Shown here: in pieces, positions 38,540 to 47,217 of the stretch
How the letters are laid out: each line of letters begins with the position of its first letter
Numbering within the stretch: the first letter of the stretch is position 1
From: a virus
IMG/VR virus record: IMGVR_UViG_3300043429_000130
Coordinates: 55,643 to 119,642 of that record
DNA length: 64,000 nucleotides
Direction: 5' to 3' (one strand)
The notes under the pieces: model-generated
The model's database searches: none
The model's input: the letters and a program-made list of their open reading frames with translations, nothing else
What the model was told of the DNA's origin: nothing
Made by a program: the position numbers and the translations under genes

Positions 38540-39076
38540 ATGACAGATCAACAGTTTATAGAAATTAAGAATGAGTATCTTCAGAACATGAAAGAAATGT
38601 TGTTAGAGACTGGTAATATACAACCAACTGTAACAATCATAGCTGATCATTTAGAAGAGAATAAGCCCGCTATTGTACATATACCTCTTCCTGAAAAGAT
38701 AGCAAACTCAGACAGCGGCAAACAGATGTTTGTAGATAAAATGATACCTGAGATAGCTGTGAAAGTAAAGGAAAGATTTAGTATAAAAGCAGTGGCTTAG
38801 GCCTCAGAAGCTTGGATGCGTGAGTCTCCAGCAGATGACTTTGACCCAAAAGTAGATGACTACAAGAAAATACCTATTAAAAAAGAAATTCTAATATTAA
38901 CCATAGATACAGGAGCTAAAATAGAAAGCTATGTGTATGAAATAATTAGATTGTCTGTCTCTCCTACAGGAGACTTGGTAGAAGATATAGAACTTGTAGA
39001 TATGCCTGAGTTAAGTAATCAGTTTGCTGAAAATGGAGGCAGATTTGGTAACTTATATAAAAAGTTTACAGCTTAA
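38540..39076 (+). pseudogene. Single gene interrupted by an in-frame TAG (38798-38800)
   Basis: 38540..38800 and 38816..39076 are in the same frame and read IKAVA*ASEAWMRE. Confidence 0.7.
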
Positions 39077-39090
39077 ATAAATTTATAATT

Positions 39091-39261
39091 ATGATTGAAT
39101 GGCTTAAAAGCTTATTTACAAGCTATAAGAAAGTAAAAGAGCTTGAGAAAGAAGTAGAAGTACTTAATGAAAAGATATCTGAGAAACAAGATATTATCAA
39201 TAAGACCAATGCTTATTGGAAGAAAAAGTTCTATAACCAGAACAAAAAGGTTAAAGAGTAA
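39091..39261 (+). CDS. Small coiled-coil protein (56 aa)
   Basis: Manual translation MIEWLKSLFTSYKKVKELEKEVEVLNEKISEKQDIINKTNAYWKKKFY... Confidence 0.65.
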   Translation: MIEWLKSLFTSYKKVKELEKEVEVLNEKISEKQDIINKTNAYWKKKFYNQNKKVKE

Positions 39262-39354
39262 CACCTTATAGCTCTATTATCCGTAGTTTATCTATATAGT
39301 AGTTGTATGTATTATTATTATACTTAGTTTTATGATAGTTAAACTATCCATGAA

Positions 39355-39618
39355 ATGCTCTATCAACTACCTAACGGAAGGGTAATAGAAATAAGTACCG
39401 AGCAGTATTTTGAAATGACTGATGAAGAGCTTGAGTATCTCATAGCTTATAATTATGGTGACACATTAGAAGATCCATGGTTTGGCTCCGTTATACAAAA
39501 GAAATCTTCAGCTGTTTATGAAGAAGAAACTCCTGATGTACTACCTGACTTGACTAATATATCAAATGAAGATAAGATTAGTTATACAGATATAGACTAT
39601 CAACCTGAAGAAGAATAA
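39355..39618 (+). CDS. Acidic hypothetical protein
   Basis: MLYQLPNGRVIEISTEQYFEMTDEELEYL... Confidence 0.75.
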   Translation: MLYQLPNGRVIEISTEQYFEMTDEELEYLIAYNYGDTLEDPWFGSVIQKKSSAVYEEETPDVLPDLTNISNEDKISYTDIDYQPEEE

Positions 39619-39642
39619 TTAATTCCTATGTTAAACTTGTAT

Positions 39643-39670
39643 GCCTCTAGAGAAATCTAGGGGCTTTTTT
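39643..39670 (+). terminator. Intrinsic terminator
   Basis: GCCTCTAGA-GAAA-TCTAGGGGC followed by TTTTTT. Confidence 0.8.
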
Positions 39671-39693
39671 ATTTATTTTAAAACAATGTTCGT

Positions 39694-40197
39694 ATGAAAC
39701 AAAGTAAAGTTAGAGTTACCGCAGATACAAATGGTAACGTAATTGGGGTATCCCAAAACAACCCAGAGTACGGATACGTACGTGTTGAGCAATCAGTTAC
39801 ACAAATCAGTGAAGCTGGTTGGTTAAAGCCAGTAAAACGCTCAGCATTAATTAAGGGTAAAGTAGAAGACTTAGCACAAGCTGGGTTTGTAGAAGGCTAT
39901 GAGCTTTCAGGTAAAATTATTGTAAAAGAATCTCTTACACCGTTCAATCCTGAGAATCCTGATAAGGATCTTAAGATTGCAGGTCAAACAGGTGTAGTAT
40001 GTAGAATAGATGATCAACCTATCTATCGTCAAACATTCTTTACTTCTAATCAAGATGCATATGATGAGCTTATTACTCATGATAACAGTATTGAGATTAA
40101 AGAAGTACAAGTTGCACAAAAACAAATTAGTTCTCTTAAAAACAGTGCTCTTGCGGACTTAGGACGTAAGATCTTAGCTGAAGAGACTACTTTATAA
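39694..40197 (+). CDS. Hypothetical protein (possible OB-fold)
   Basis: 167 aa, beta-rich, flanked by terminators. Confidence 0.7.
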   Translation: MKQSKVRVTADTNGNVIGVSQNNPEYGYVRVEQSVTQISEAGWLKPVKRSALIKGKVEDLAQAGFVEGYELSGKIIVKESLTPFNPENPDKDLKIAGQTGVVCRIDDQPIYRQTFFTSNQDAYDELITHDNSIEIKEVQVAQKQISSLKNSALADLGRKILAEETTL

Positions 40198-40204
40198 TTG
40201 TAAT

Positions 40205-40234
40205 AAGAGGGCTCAGAAATGAGCTCTCTTTTTT
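40205..40234 (+). terminator. Intrinsic terminator
   Basis: AAGAGGGCTCA-GAAA-TGAGCTCTCTT followed by TTTT. Confidence 0.8.
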
Positions 40235-40271
40235 ATACCAATCCATTAATGTCCTAACAATCTACATCCAC

Positions 40272-40793
40272 ATGCACAACCCAAACAAAACAGTGTCAGC
40301 TAACTCTAAAGGCATAGTAGTGTCTTTTGGAGATGTGAACAAGCACAGATTCATAAAGTATGAGTCTACAGCTGTTCAACAAATTCAACTTTATGGTACA
40401 GTTAAGTATCAGAAGATTGAACACCCGGGATTTACACCTATACAAGAACAGCTATATGCTGAAGCCTTGTATGGTTTAAACTTCTACACTGCACAGGAGC
40501 TTAAAGCTATGCCTGCAGAAAAGAAGAGAAGTGTAATTGTTCTCTACACAAGAGTACAAAAACTACTTAACAGATGGAAGCAAGAAATCATATGCAAACA
40601 AGTAGATAGTCTACTATTAGCTATGTTTCCTAACTCTCCTATAGTAAAATTTCTTTCTGAAAATGAATACTATGACAAAGATCTTGAATGTCCTATGTCC
40701 CTTAGAGACCTTGGCATAACAAGTGAAACTGCTATAGCAGAAAGACTAGTACAAGCTAAATTATTACCTTACAATTTTTTCAAACTAACTTAA
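40272..40793 (+). CDS. Hypothetical protein
   Basis: 173 aa ORF. Confidence 0.7.
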   Translation: MHNPNKTVSANSKGIVVSFGDVNKHRFIKYESTAVQQIQLYGTVKYQKIEHPGFTPIQEQLYAEALYGLNFYTAQELKAMPAEKKRSVIVLYTRVQKLLNRWKQEIICKQVDSLLLAMFPNSPIVKFLSENEYYDKDLECPMSLRDLGITSETAIAERLVQAKLLPYNFFKLT

Positions 40794-40800
40794 TTAAAAG

Positions 40801-41037
40801 ATGCAATATACATTTGTTATTAATGGAACATCACAACTAGTTCTTATTCCAGAGAATGATCTAGATAGAATGATGTTAGAAAGAACCCTTGAAGCTGGTG
40901 CTACAATAGAGGTGGAAAAAATATCACAACCTGTGAGTATTTTAGGTAAGCCAGTTATGGATAGTTATGTATTAAAGCGTAAATTACATTCTACTCAAAC
41001 AGCTTTAAATACTAAAAATGATCCAACCGAAGCTTAA
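40801..41037 (+). CDS. Hypothetical protein
   Basis: 78 aa ORF. Confidence 0.6.
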   Translation: MQYTFVINGTSQLVLIPENDLDRMMLERTLEAGATIEVEKISQPVSILGKPVMDSYVLKRKLHSTQTALNTKNDPTEA

Positions 41038-41401
41038 ACAGTGTGCTGGTTGTAACCAGATGAAACACATATGGAAGTCTCAAGGAAAAGATAAATACTG
41101 CAAGGAATGCTGGTATAGTATTGAGAAACCTAAGTCTATAGCTCCTGTATCTAAAAAGATGCGGGAGACTATAGATCAGTATTCTAAAATACGTACTGCA
41201 TACCTTGTAGTTAACTCTTCTTGTAAAGCAAGACTTCAAGGATGTACTAGTGCAGCTACAGAAGTACATCATAAAGCAGGTAGAGGTGAAAACCATCTAC
41301 GCATTGCTACATGGTTACCTGTATGTAGAAACTGCCACACATGGATAGAGCTTCATCCTAATGAAGCTAAAGAACTTGGATTATCTGAAAACAGATTGTA
41401 A
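41018..41401 (+). CDS. Zn-finger HNH-like nuclease
   Basis: CAGC...CKEC zinc knuckle, then EVHHKAGR...LPVCRNCHTWI. Confidence 0.75.
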   Translation: MIQPKLKQCAGCNQMKHIWKSQGKDKYCKECWYSIEKPKSIAPVSKKMRETIDQYSKIRTAYLVVNSSCKARLQGCTSAATEVHHKAGRGENHLRIATWLPVCRNCHTWIELHPNEAKELGLSENRL

Positions 41402-41526
41402 TGAAAAATAATCAAAAACGTAAAGACCAAGTTAATGCTGGAGCTTATGATGGTAGATACCGCACTAAAGTTGTGGTAGATAAAAAAAAGAAAGCTAAGC
41501 GTAACTGGGCTCGTAAAAACAAATAA
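41401..41526 (+). CDS. Small basic protein (41 aa)
   Basis: MKNNQKRKDQVNAGAYDGRYRTKVVVDKKKKAKRNWARKNK. TAATG coupling. Confidence 0.6.
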   Translation: MKNNQKRKDQVNAGAYDGRYRTKVVVDKKKKAKRNWARKNK

Positions 41527-42008
41527 CCTATGAAAAAAGAATTTATCCCTTATGAACAAGCATTGGAACTTAAAGAATTAGGTTTTGGTGAAGATACAGT
41601 AGCTATTTATGATCAATCTAAAGAGTTAGAAAATACTTTATTTAGTACTGGGTTTGAATTAAAAGCACCACTATACCAACAAGCATTTAGATGGCTTAGA
41701 AATCAGTACATCACAAAAAGGTCTATTAATGAAAGAGGAGATTATATTGAAGGAAATTTCTTTATGTTACCATTAATTTTCCCTAATGGATATGAAATTA
41801 AACTACTAAAGCCATCAACTTCTTATACAATAGTAGGTGGTAGAGAAATACCATTTTACGCAAAACCAGAAGCTGTGTATAAAGAAACTACTGAATCATA
41901 TGAAAGTGCAGAACTTGCTTGTCTTAAAAAATTAATTGAAATAGTTAAAGGTAAAGAGGTAGCTATCTGCTGCCATACTAATAGCTAAAAACAAATAACC
42001 TATGAAAA
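41514..42008 (+). repeat. Perfect 23-bp direct repeat flanking gene 41530..41988
   Basis: TAAAAACAAATAACCTATGAAAA at 41514-41536 and 41986-42008. Confidence 0.85.
41530..41988 (+). CDS. Hypothetical protein, paralogue of 42795..43193
   Basis: YEQALELKELGF...APLYQQAFRWLR...YESAELACLKKLIEIVK. Confidence 0.75.
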   Translation: MKKEFIPYEQALELKELGFGEDTVAIYDQSKELENTLFSTGFELKAPLYQQAFRWLRNQYITKRSINERGDYIEGNFFMLPLIFPNGYEIKLLKPSTSYTIVGGREIPFYAKPEAVYKETTESYESAELACLKKLIEIVKGKEVAICCHTNS

Positions 42009-42205
42009 GATTAATTGTCTTATTAGTATTATTTACAAGCTGTAGTGTAACTACTCCCTCTGAAGATATGGAAAGTCTTCAAAAGAAATATGATGTAGTA
42101 TATCGTATATCTAATCATGAATACATAGTTATTGACTCTCTAGGTACATATGATATAAGAGTAGAAGATGACGGTACACCTTATTCCAAAGTTAAAATTA
42201 AATAA
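42002..42205 (+). CDS. Small lipoprotein
   Basis: MKRLIVLLVLFTS-C lipobox. Confidence 0.7.
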   Translation: MKRLIVLLVLFTSCSVTTPSEDMESLQKKYDVVYRISNHEYIVIDSLGTYDIRVEDDGTPYSKVKIK

Positions 42206-42208
42206 TCT

Positions 42209-42394
42209 ATGAAAGAGTATATGATCATAAGTGGTATAATAACACTTATTCTTGCAATTCATAGAGCTATTAAAACCTCTGCTAGTATAAGTATACTTGA
42301 TCTTATGGGTTTAATTTTTGGTAGTTTGATAATTGGTTGGTGTATACTTCCTATACTTGTGATAGTTTTATTAGATGAAATTAAAATCAGATAA
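42209..42394 (+). CDS. Small membrane protein
   Basis: Two hydrophobic segments. Confidence 0.6.
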   Translation: MKEYMIISGIITLILAIHRAIKTSASISILDLMGLIFGSLIIGWCILPILVIVLLDEIKIR

Positions 42395-42397
42395 CTT

Positions 42398-42805
42398 ATG
42401 GAAGAAGATAAATTATTAGACTATTTTTATCCGGATAAACTCTTAGATGAGGATGGCTATCCTACTACAGAAGCTCTTTTATATATTAGAAACTGGGGCA
42501 CTGAAACAGTAGATGGTGACTATAGATTTGGTAAATGGTTTACTACTCCTGAAATGTATCCATTAATAGATTACATAAAGTCAATCTATACATATGATGA
42601 TGCTATTAGAGAAGAAGATGGATTATTAGAAATTCACACTTTTGGTTGGTCTGGAAACGAAGAAATTATTTATGAGCTTAAGAAAACTAGCTTATGGATG
42701 TTTAAATTTGTAGCACAACAAACGGGTGGACACTATTACTTCTGTCTTGATAGTGATAGTGAATATACATGGTCTGTAGAAAAAGTCAAAAGATATGAGC
42801 AGTAA
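42398..42805 (+). CDS. Hypothetical protein
   Basis: DGYPT...HTFGWSGNEEII...GGHYYF. Confidence 0.7.
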   Translation: MEEDKLLDYFYPDKLLDEDGYPTTEALLYIRNWGTETVDGDYRFGKWFTTPEMYPLIDYIKSIYTYDDAIREEDGLLEIHTFGWSGNEEIIYELKKTSLWMFKFVAQQTGGHYYFCLDSDSEYTWSVEKVKRYEQ

Positions 42806-43193
42806 TACAAAAGAACCAGAAAAGGATATTATATCTTTCGATCAAGCACTAGAACTATGTAGCCTTGGGTTTGATGAACCTACATTCTGTATGTATGAAA
42901 TAGAAAATAGACAGCTATGCCTGTGTTATTTAGATGAAGAAGGTTTATACATGCCTGATAAAGACTTACATGCTCCTACTAAAAGCCAAGTATTTAGATG
43001 GTTTAGAGAGAAGTATGATTTAGTATCTTGGGTATCACTTGGCTCTCAAAATAGTAGAGAGTATATTTTTGGTATTTTAACAGACTCCACTTTTATTGGT
43101 AGTTGGAATACTAACTTTTCTACCTACGAAGAAGCAGAGAATGCGTGTATAGATAAACTTATTTCAATCTGTAAACAACAAGATAATGACTGA
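42795..43193 (+). CDS. Hypothetical protein, paralogue of 41530..41988
   Basis: FDQALELCSLGF...APTKSQVFRWFR...YEEAENACIDKLISI. Confidence 0.75.
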   Translation: MSSNTKEPEKDIISFDQALELCSLGFDEPTFCMYEIENRQLCLCYLDEEGLYMPDKDLHAPTKSQVFRWFREKYDLVSWVSLGSQNSREYIFGILTDSTFIGSWNTNFSTYEEAENACIDKLISICKQQDND

Positions 43194-43389
43194 AGATGAA
43201 GTATATAGTGCTATAGAAAACACTATCATAAAATGGGTTATTGATGGTACTAAAACAGCAGGTTCTTTAACAAGAGAGATTATGCCAATCGTAAAAAAGT
43301 ATAAACCAACTCCTTACCAGGAACATCGTAAGCTTAAAGATGAGTGGGGTAATACCGACTGGAGAGACACAGGTGAAATGGGAGGCTAA
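43186..43389 (+). CDS. Hypothetical protein
   Basis: ORF track, overlaps the previous gene. Confidence 0.65.
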   Translation: MTEDEVYSAIENTIIKWVIDGTKTAGSLTREIMPIVKKYKPTPYQEHRKLKDEWGNTDWRDTGEMGG

Positions 43390-43400
43390 ATAACAAGAAG

Positions 43401-43610
43401 ATGGCAGAACTAAGTAAACAAGATGTAGTTAATGACCAATACTATATTTCTACTACAGCTTCTCTTAGTGGGGAAGGTAAGTATCTAAGTACAGTGTTTG
43501 GCTACCACAATAAGAAAATTATGTGGTCAAAGGTGTATAAACAAGTATACTATGCTACTGTAAAAGAAGCAGAAGAAGGTCATAAAGAGCTTAAAAAACA
43601 ATATTCGTAA
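43401..43610 (+). CDS. Hypothetical protein
   Basis: YISTT...EAEEGH. Confidence 0.65.
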   Translation: MAELSKQDVVNDQYYISTTASLSGEGKYLSTVFGYHNKKIMWSKVYKQVYYATVKEAEEGHKELKKQYS

Positions 43611-43855
43611 TGGAAAAAGTAAACAGAAGAAGTCTATCAGGTATTTATATCTTCCACAAGTTTGATGAAGATGAACGTAGAGAACCAACAACTTTTGAAG
43701 ACTGTCCTGAAGAAAAGCAAGATGAGTGGTTAAACTCATTAGATCCAGAAGCTGTAAAACACTTAGCTAAAGAATTAGGTAATGTTTTACGTAAGATTGG
43801 TGATCAATTTGATATCATGCAGGGTGAAGAGCCTGAAGATGACGAAGTAAATTAA
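43610..43855 (+). CDS. Hypothetical protein
   Basis: RRSLSGIYI...FEDCPEEKQDEWL. Confidence 0.7.
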   Translation: MEKVNRRSLSGIYIFHKFDEDERREPTTFEDCPEEKQDEWLNSLDPEAVKHLAKELGNVLRKIGDQFDIMQGEEPEDDEVN

Positions 43856-43860
43856 ATATT

Positions 43861-44142
43861 ATGGATAATAACTGGCAAGAAACAAGGGACAAGTACAGAG
43901 CTGCTGCAGTCCACTTTGCAAACAGATACAATACAGAAGTATCTGAACACATTATAGATGTAATGATATCTGTAATGATGACTAGAGATAATGTTTTACA
44001 AGGCGGTAGCTTTGTACAAGCAGTAGTAGCTAACAATCTAAGAGACTCTATCAGTAAAGCTGATGCAGAATGCAGTAAACAGCTTAGAATTATTACATTA
44101 TGCAGTAATTTTTGTTACGCAGAATATGAATTAGATGAGTAA
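43861..44142 (+). CDS. Hypothetical protein
   Basis: GGSFVQAVVANNL...KAD motif. Confidence 0.7.
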   Translation: MDNNWQETRDKYRAAAVHFANRYNTEVSEHIIDVMISVMMTRDNVLQGGSFVQAVVANNLRDSISKADAECSKQLRIITLCSNFCYAEYELDE

Positions 44143-45259
44143 AAGAGATGAAATCCAACAAGAAGCTCTTGATATGGCCATAGCTAACAAACGTTGTGGC
44201 TTGGGCATATCAATGGGTGTTGGTAAAACCTTAATAGGTTTACGTTATATAGATTACTATCAAAAAGCTAATATGAAGAAGCTTAGAGTGTTAATTGTAG
44301 CACCCAAGGTTTCTATATTTGATAGCTGGGATAGTGACGCAGCTAAGTTTGGTATATCACTAGACAATGCTGAATATACAACCTATCTGTCTTTACATAA
44401 AAAGAATCCAGGTCATTATGATATAGTGGTCTTAGACGAATGTCATAGTCTTCTTATATCTCACACTGTGTTTCTAGCACAGTTTACTGGTAGAATACTG
44501 GGCCTAACTGGTACTCCACCTAGACATTTTCAGTCTGAAAAAGGTAAGATGGTACATCAGTTTTGTCCTATCCTTTACAAGTATATTACTGATGATGCAG
44601 TGAGTGATGATATTCTAAATGATTATAGAATTATAGTACACACTATGCCTATATCTAATATTAATAGTTTACCTGTTAATATGAAAGATGGTAAGCAATT
44701 TTATACATCAGAACGTAAAAGTTATGACTACTGGACTAAAAGAATAGCAGGTGCACAATCTAAAAAACAGGAGCAAATAGCTTCAGTTATGAGAATGCGG
44801 GTGCTAATGGATTTTAGAACCAAGGAAACATATGTAAAGAAGCTTCTTGGTGATATAGAAGATAAATGTATTATCTTTTGTAATACACAAGATCAAGCAG
44901 ATAGGATATGTAAGAACTCTTATCACTCTAATAATGAAGAGTCAGAGCAAAATCTACAAGATTTTAAAAAAGGTAAGATATCAGAACTATCATGTGTACT
45001 ACAACTAAACGAGGGTATTAATATTCCTGAGCTTAGAGCTGGTATTATCATGCATGCATATGGTAACGAGCGTAAGTCTTCTCAAAGACTAGGACGTTTA
45101 TTACGTCTTAATCCTACAGAAACTGCTTATGTACACATACTTTGTTATAAAGACACTGTAGATGAGAGATGGGTAGCTGAAGCTCTTAGAGATTTAGACC
45201 CAAGAAAAATTAAGTATTTTGATGTAAACATATCTTCCTATGAATCATCAGCCCTTTAA
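44135..45259 (+). CDS. Superfamily 2 (DExH) helicase
   Basis: MGVGKT, VLDECH, GLTGT, LNEGINIP and QRLGRLLR motifs. Confidence 0.92.
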   Translation: MSKRDEIQQEALDMAIANKRCGLGISMGVGKTLIGLRYIDYYQKANMKKLRVLIVAPKVSIFDSWDSDAAKFGISLDNAEYTTYLSLHKKNPGHYDIVVLDECHSLLISHTVFLAQFTGRILGLTGTPPRHFQSEKGKMVHQFCPILYKYITDDAVSDDILNDYRIIVHTMPISNINSLPVNMKDGKQFYTSERKSYDYWTKRIAGAQSKKQEQIASVMRMRVLMDFRTKETYVKKLLGDIEDKCIIFCNTQDQADRICKNSYHSNNEESEQNLQDFKKGKISELSCVLQLNEGINIPELRAGIIMHAYGNERKSSQRLGRLLRLNPTETAYVHILCYKDTVDERWVAEALRDLDPRKIKYFDVNISSYESSAL

Positions 45260-45638
45260 TGGTAAGTTTATAAAGAGGAACGGCAGGCTAGAGTTTTCTA
45301 GCTTGGCTGTTTCTAAACAACATGAACTCTTTGTATCAGAAGTTCCAGATGGAACTATTGTAGAGTTTTTTTTTGAGGTACAACAAGATGATGGTACACT
45401 ACCTCAATTAGCTAAGCTACATGCAATGATAAGAGAATTAGCATTACATGTAGGAGAGCCGTTTGATAACATGAAGTTATTAGTAAAAGATAAAGCAGGA
45501 TTATGCTTGGCTAGGGAAGTTAGTGGCAAAGAGTATTTCTTAGCCAAAAGCTTTGGTGAATGTTCTAGAGAAGAACTATCACTAGCTATACAAGCAGCAA
45601 TAGATATTGGTATTAGTGTTAACTGTCCAATTGGCTAA
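45240..45638 (+). CDS. Hypothetical protein (NinB/DUF1367-like possible)
   Basis: TLPQLAKLHAMIRELA...KSFGECSREELS. Confidence 0.6.
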   Translation: MNHQPFNGKFIKRNGRLEFSSLAVSKQHELFVSEVPDGTIVEFFFEVQQDDGTLPQLAKLHAMIRELALHVGEPFDNMKLLVKDKAGLCLAREVSGKEYFLAKSFGECSREELSLAIQAAIDIGISVNCPIG

Positions 45639-45897
45639 TGTCAGCATCATAAGTAAAACCTTGCTCTTCAGCTTGAGTTTCAATCTCATTCATTAGAAGC
45701 ATCATAGTAGACAGATGTTCCATCCAGTCTAGTGTAAGTTCTTCTTTTGCTACAGCTAACCTCTGAAACTCAGCAAGTTCTTCATCTGTACGTTCATTAA
45801 CCATATGAACTACAATAGCTTGTATTTTCTGTATAAAACCAGAGCCGAAGGCTACTTGTATAGATGCATCCTTCTTAATCATCTTAATATTTGACAT
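45619..45897 (-). CDS. Hypothetical protein, lone minus-strand gene
   Basis: 92 aa. Has its own TAAATTTG -7-like box at 45918-45925 and an AAAACAAACC leader. Confidence 0.7.
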   Translation of the reverse strand: MSNIKMIKKDASIQVAFGSGFIQKIQAIVVHMVNERTDEELAEFQRLAVAKEELTLDWMEHLSTMMLLMNEIETQAEEQGFTYDADISQLDS

Positions 45898-45934
45898 AAT
45901 ATTAGGTTTGTTTTACACAAATTTATAAAAGTTT

Positions 45935-46651
45935 ATGACACAAACAGTAAATCTAGAAGAAATAAAGTGTAAGCTTATAGAAAAGCTCACTCCTTCAGGA
46001 TGGGCCACAAAACTACGTGGCTTTATTCAATCTAGTGACTTTGACAAGATACTAGAAGCTCTTTATTTACAAAGAGAAGCAGGTAAAAGGTTCACACCTC
46101 CACTAAAACATGTCTTTAAAGCATTTGAAGAGTGTCCAGAAAAAGATGTTAAAGTGGTTATTATAGGACAAGACCCCTATCCTAGCATGAATGTAGCTGA
46201 TGGTATAGCATTTAGCTGTAGTAATACAGGTAAACCGCAACCAAGCTTGAGATATATCTTTGAAGAGATAGAACGTACTGTATATCAAGAGTGGCCTACA
46301 TATCAAGATCCAGACTTAAAACGCTGGGCTAACCAAGGTGTACTCTTAATTAACACAGCTCTTACTTGTGAAATAGATAAAGTAGGTAGTCATTACGATA
46401 TATGGAATGACTTTATAATGTATTTACTAGATATGTTAAACTTGACTAACTCAGGTATAATATTTATCCTATTGGGAGCCAAGGCTCAAGAATTAGAGAC
46501 TGTACTTGGACAAAACCATTACGTTCTTAAAGCATCACACCCTGCTTCTGCAGTATATACTGGTCATAAGTGGGACTGTAAAGATGTATTTAATAAAGCT
46601 AATGAGATTATTGTAGCAAACAACGGGCCTCAGTATAAAATTAATTGGTAA
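45935..46651 (+). CDS. ung: Uracil-DNA glycosylase, family 1
   Basis: VVIIGQDPY, ADGIAFS, QPSL, WANQGVLLINTALT and ASHPAS motifs. Confidence 0.95.
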   Translation: MTQTVNLEEIKCKLIEKLTPSGWATKLRGFIQSSDFDKILEALYLQREAGKRFTPPLKHVFKAFEECPEKDVKVVIIGQDPYPSMNVADGIAFSCSNTGKPQPSLRYIFEEIERTVYQEWPTYQDPDLKRWANQGVLLINTALTCEIDKVGSHYDIWNDFIMYLLDMLNLTNSGIIFILLGAKAQELETVLGQNHYVLKASHPASAVYTGHKWDCKDVFNKANEIIVANNGPQYKINW

Positions 46652-46670
46652 CCTTTAAAATCTAACAAAG

Positions 46671-47084
46671 ATGGCAGTAAACAAAGTGGAGATCTATGTA
46701 TCTCAAATTTTAGAAGACTTAGACAATGGTCTAACATGGTTGAAAAGAGATGATCTAGGATATGGATCTATTCAAGAAAAGTATAATGCTAAAGATCAGC
46801 AGATTGCTATGATCCGTAAACATCCTGTATTAAAAGATGCAGAAACTACTGTAACAGTATTTACTGTAATTGATGACACTAAACAAGACTATAATGGAGG
46901 AACAACCACCGTATCCGCTACAGACACCATACATGAGGAGTCTTTGGTCAGCGTACCTGTCACTGAAGGAGAGCACAACGGACCAGTTTCTGATGTCAGC
47001 TTACAAAGTATCAGTAGTGGATCTACTACAAAAAGAAACGATGAAGTTACAGCAGACGACCTCTCAGCCTTCGCAAACTTATAA
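46671..47084 (+). CDS. Hypothetical protein
   Basis: VSQILEDLDNGLTW...SIQEKY...KHPVLK, with a disordered tail. Confidence 0.7.
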   Translation: MAVNKVEIYVSQILEDLDNGLTWLKRDDLGYGSIQEKYNAKDQQIAMIRKHPVLKDAETTVTVFTVIDDTKQDYNGGTTTVSATDTIHEESLVSVPVTEGEHNGPVSDVSLQSISSGSTTKRNDEVTADDLSAFANL

Positions 47085-47217
47085 AGATCTCACTAGGAGA
47101 ATTAATGGTGGATATCACATGTCCGCACAAACAGTTACTGACTCAGGTGGTAAAATGACTTGGGTTGATACAACAATTGATAAAACAGTAGAACAAAAAT
47201 TCAAAATTAACAGAAAC

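Noticed and set aside
46870-47118. Long N-terminal extension or frameshift fusion of the MoxR ATPase with 46671..47084
   Set aside because: It overlaps a plausible gene in another frame, no slippery site is evident, and downstream ATGs suffice.
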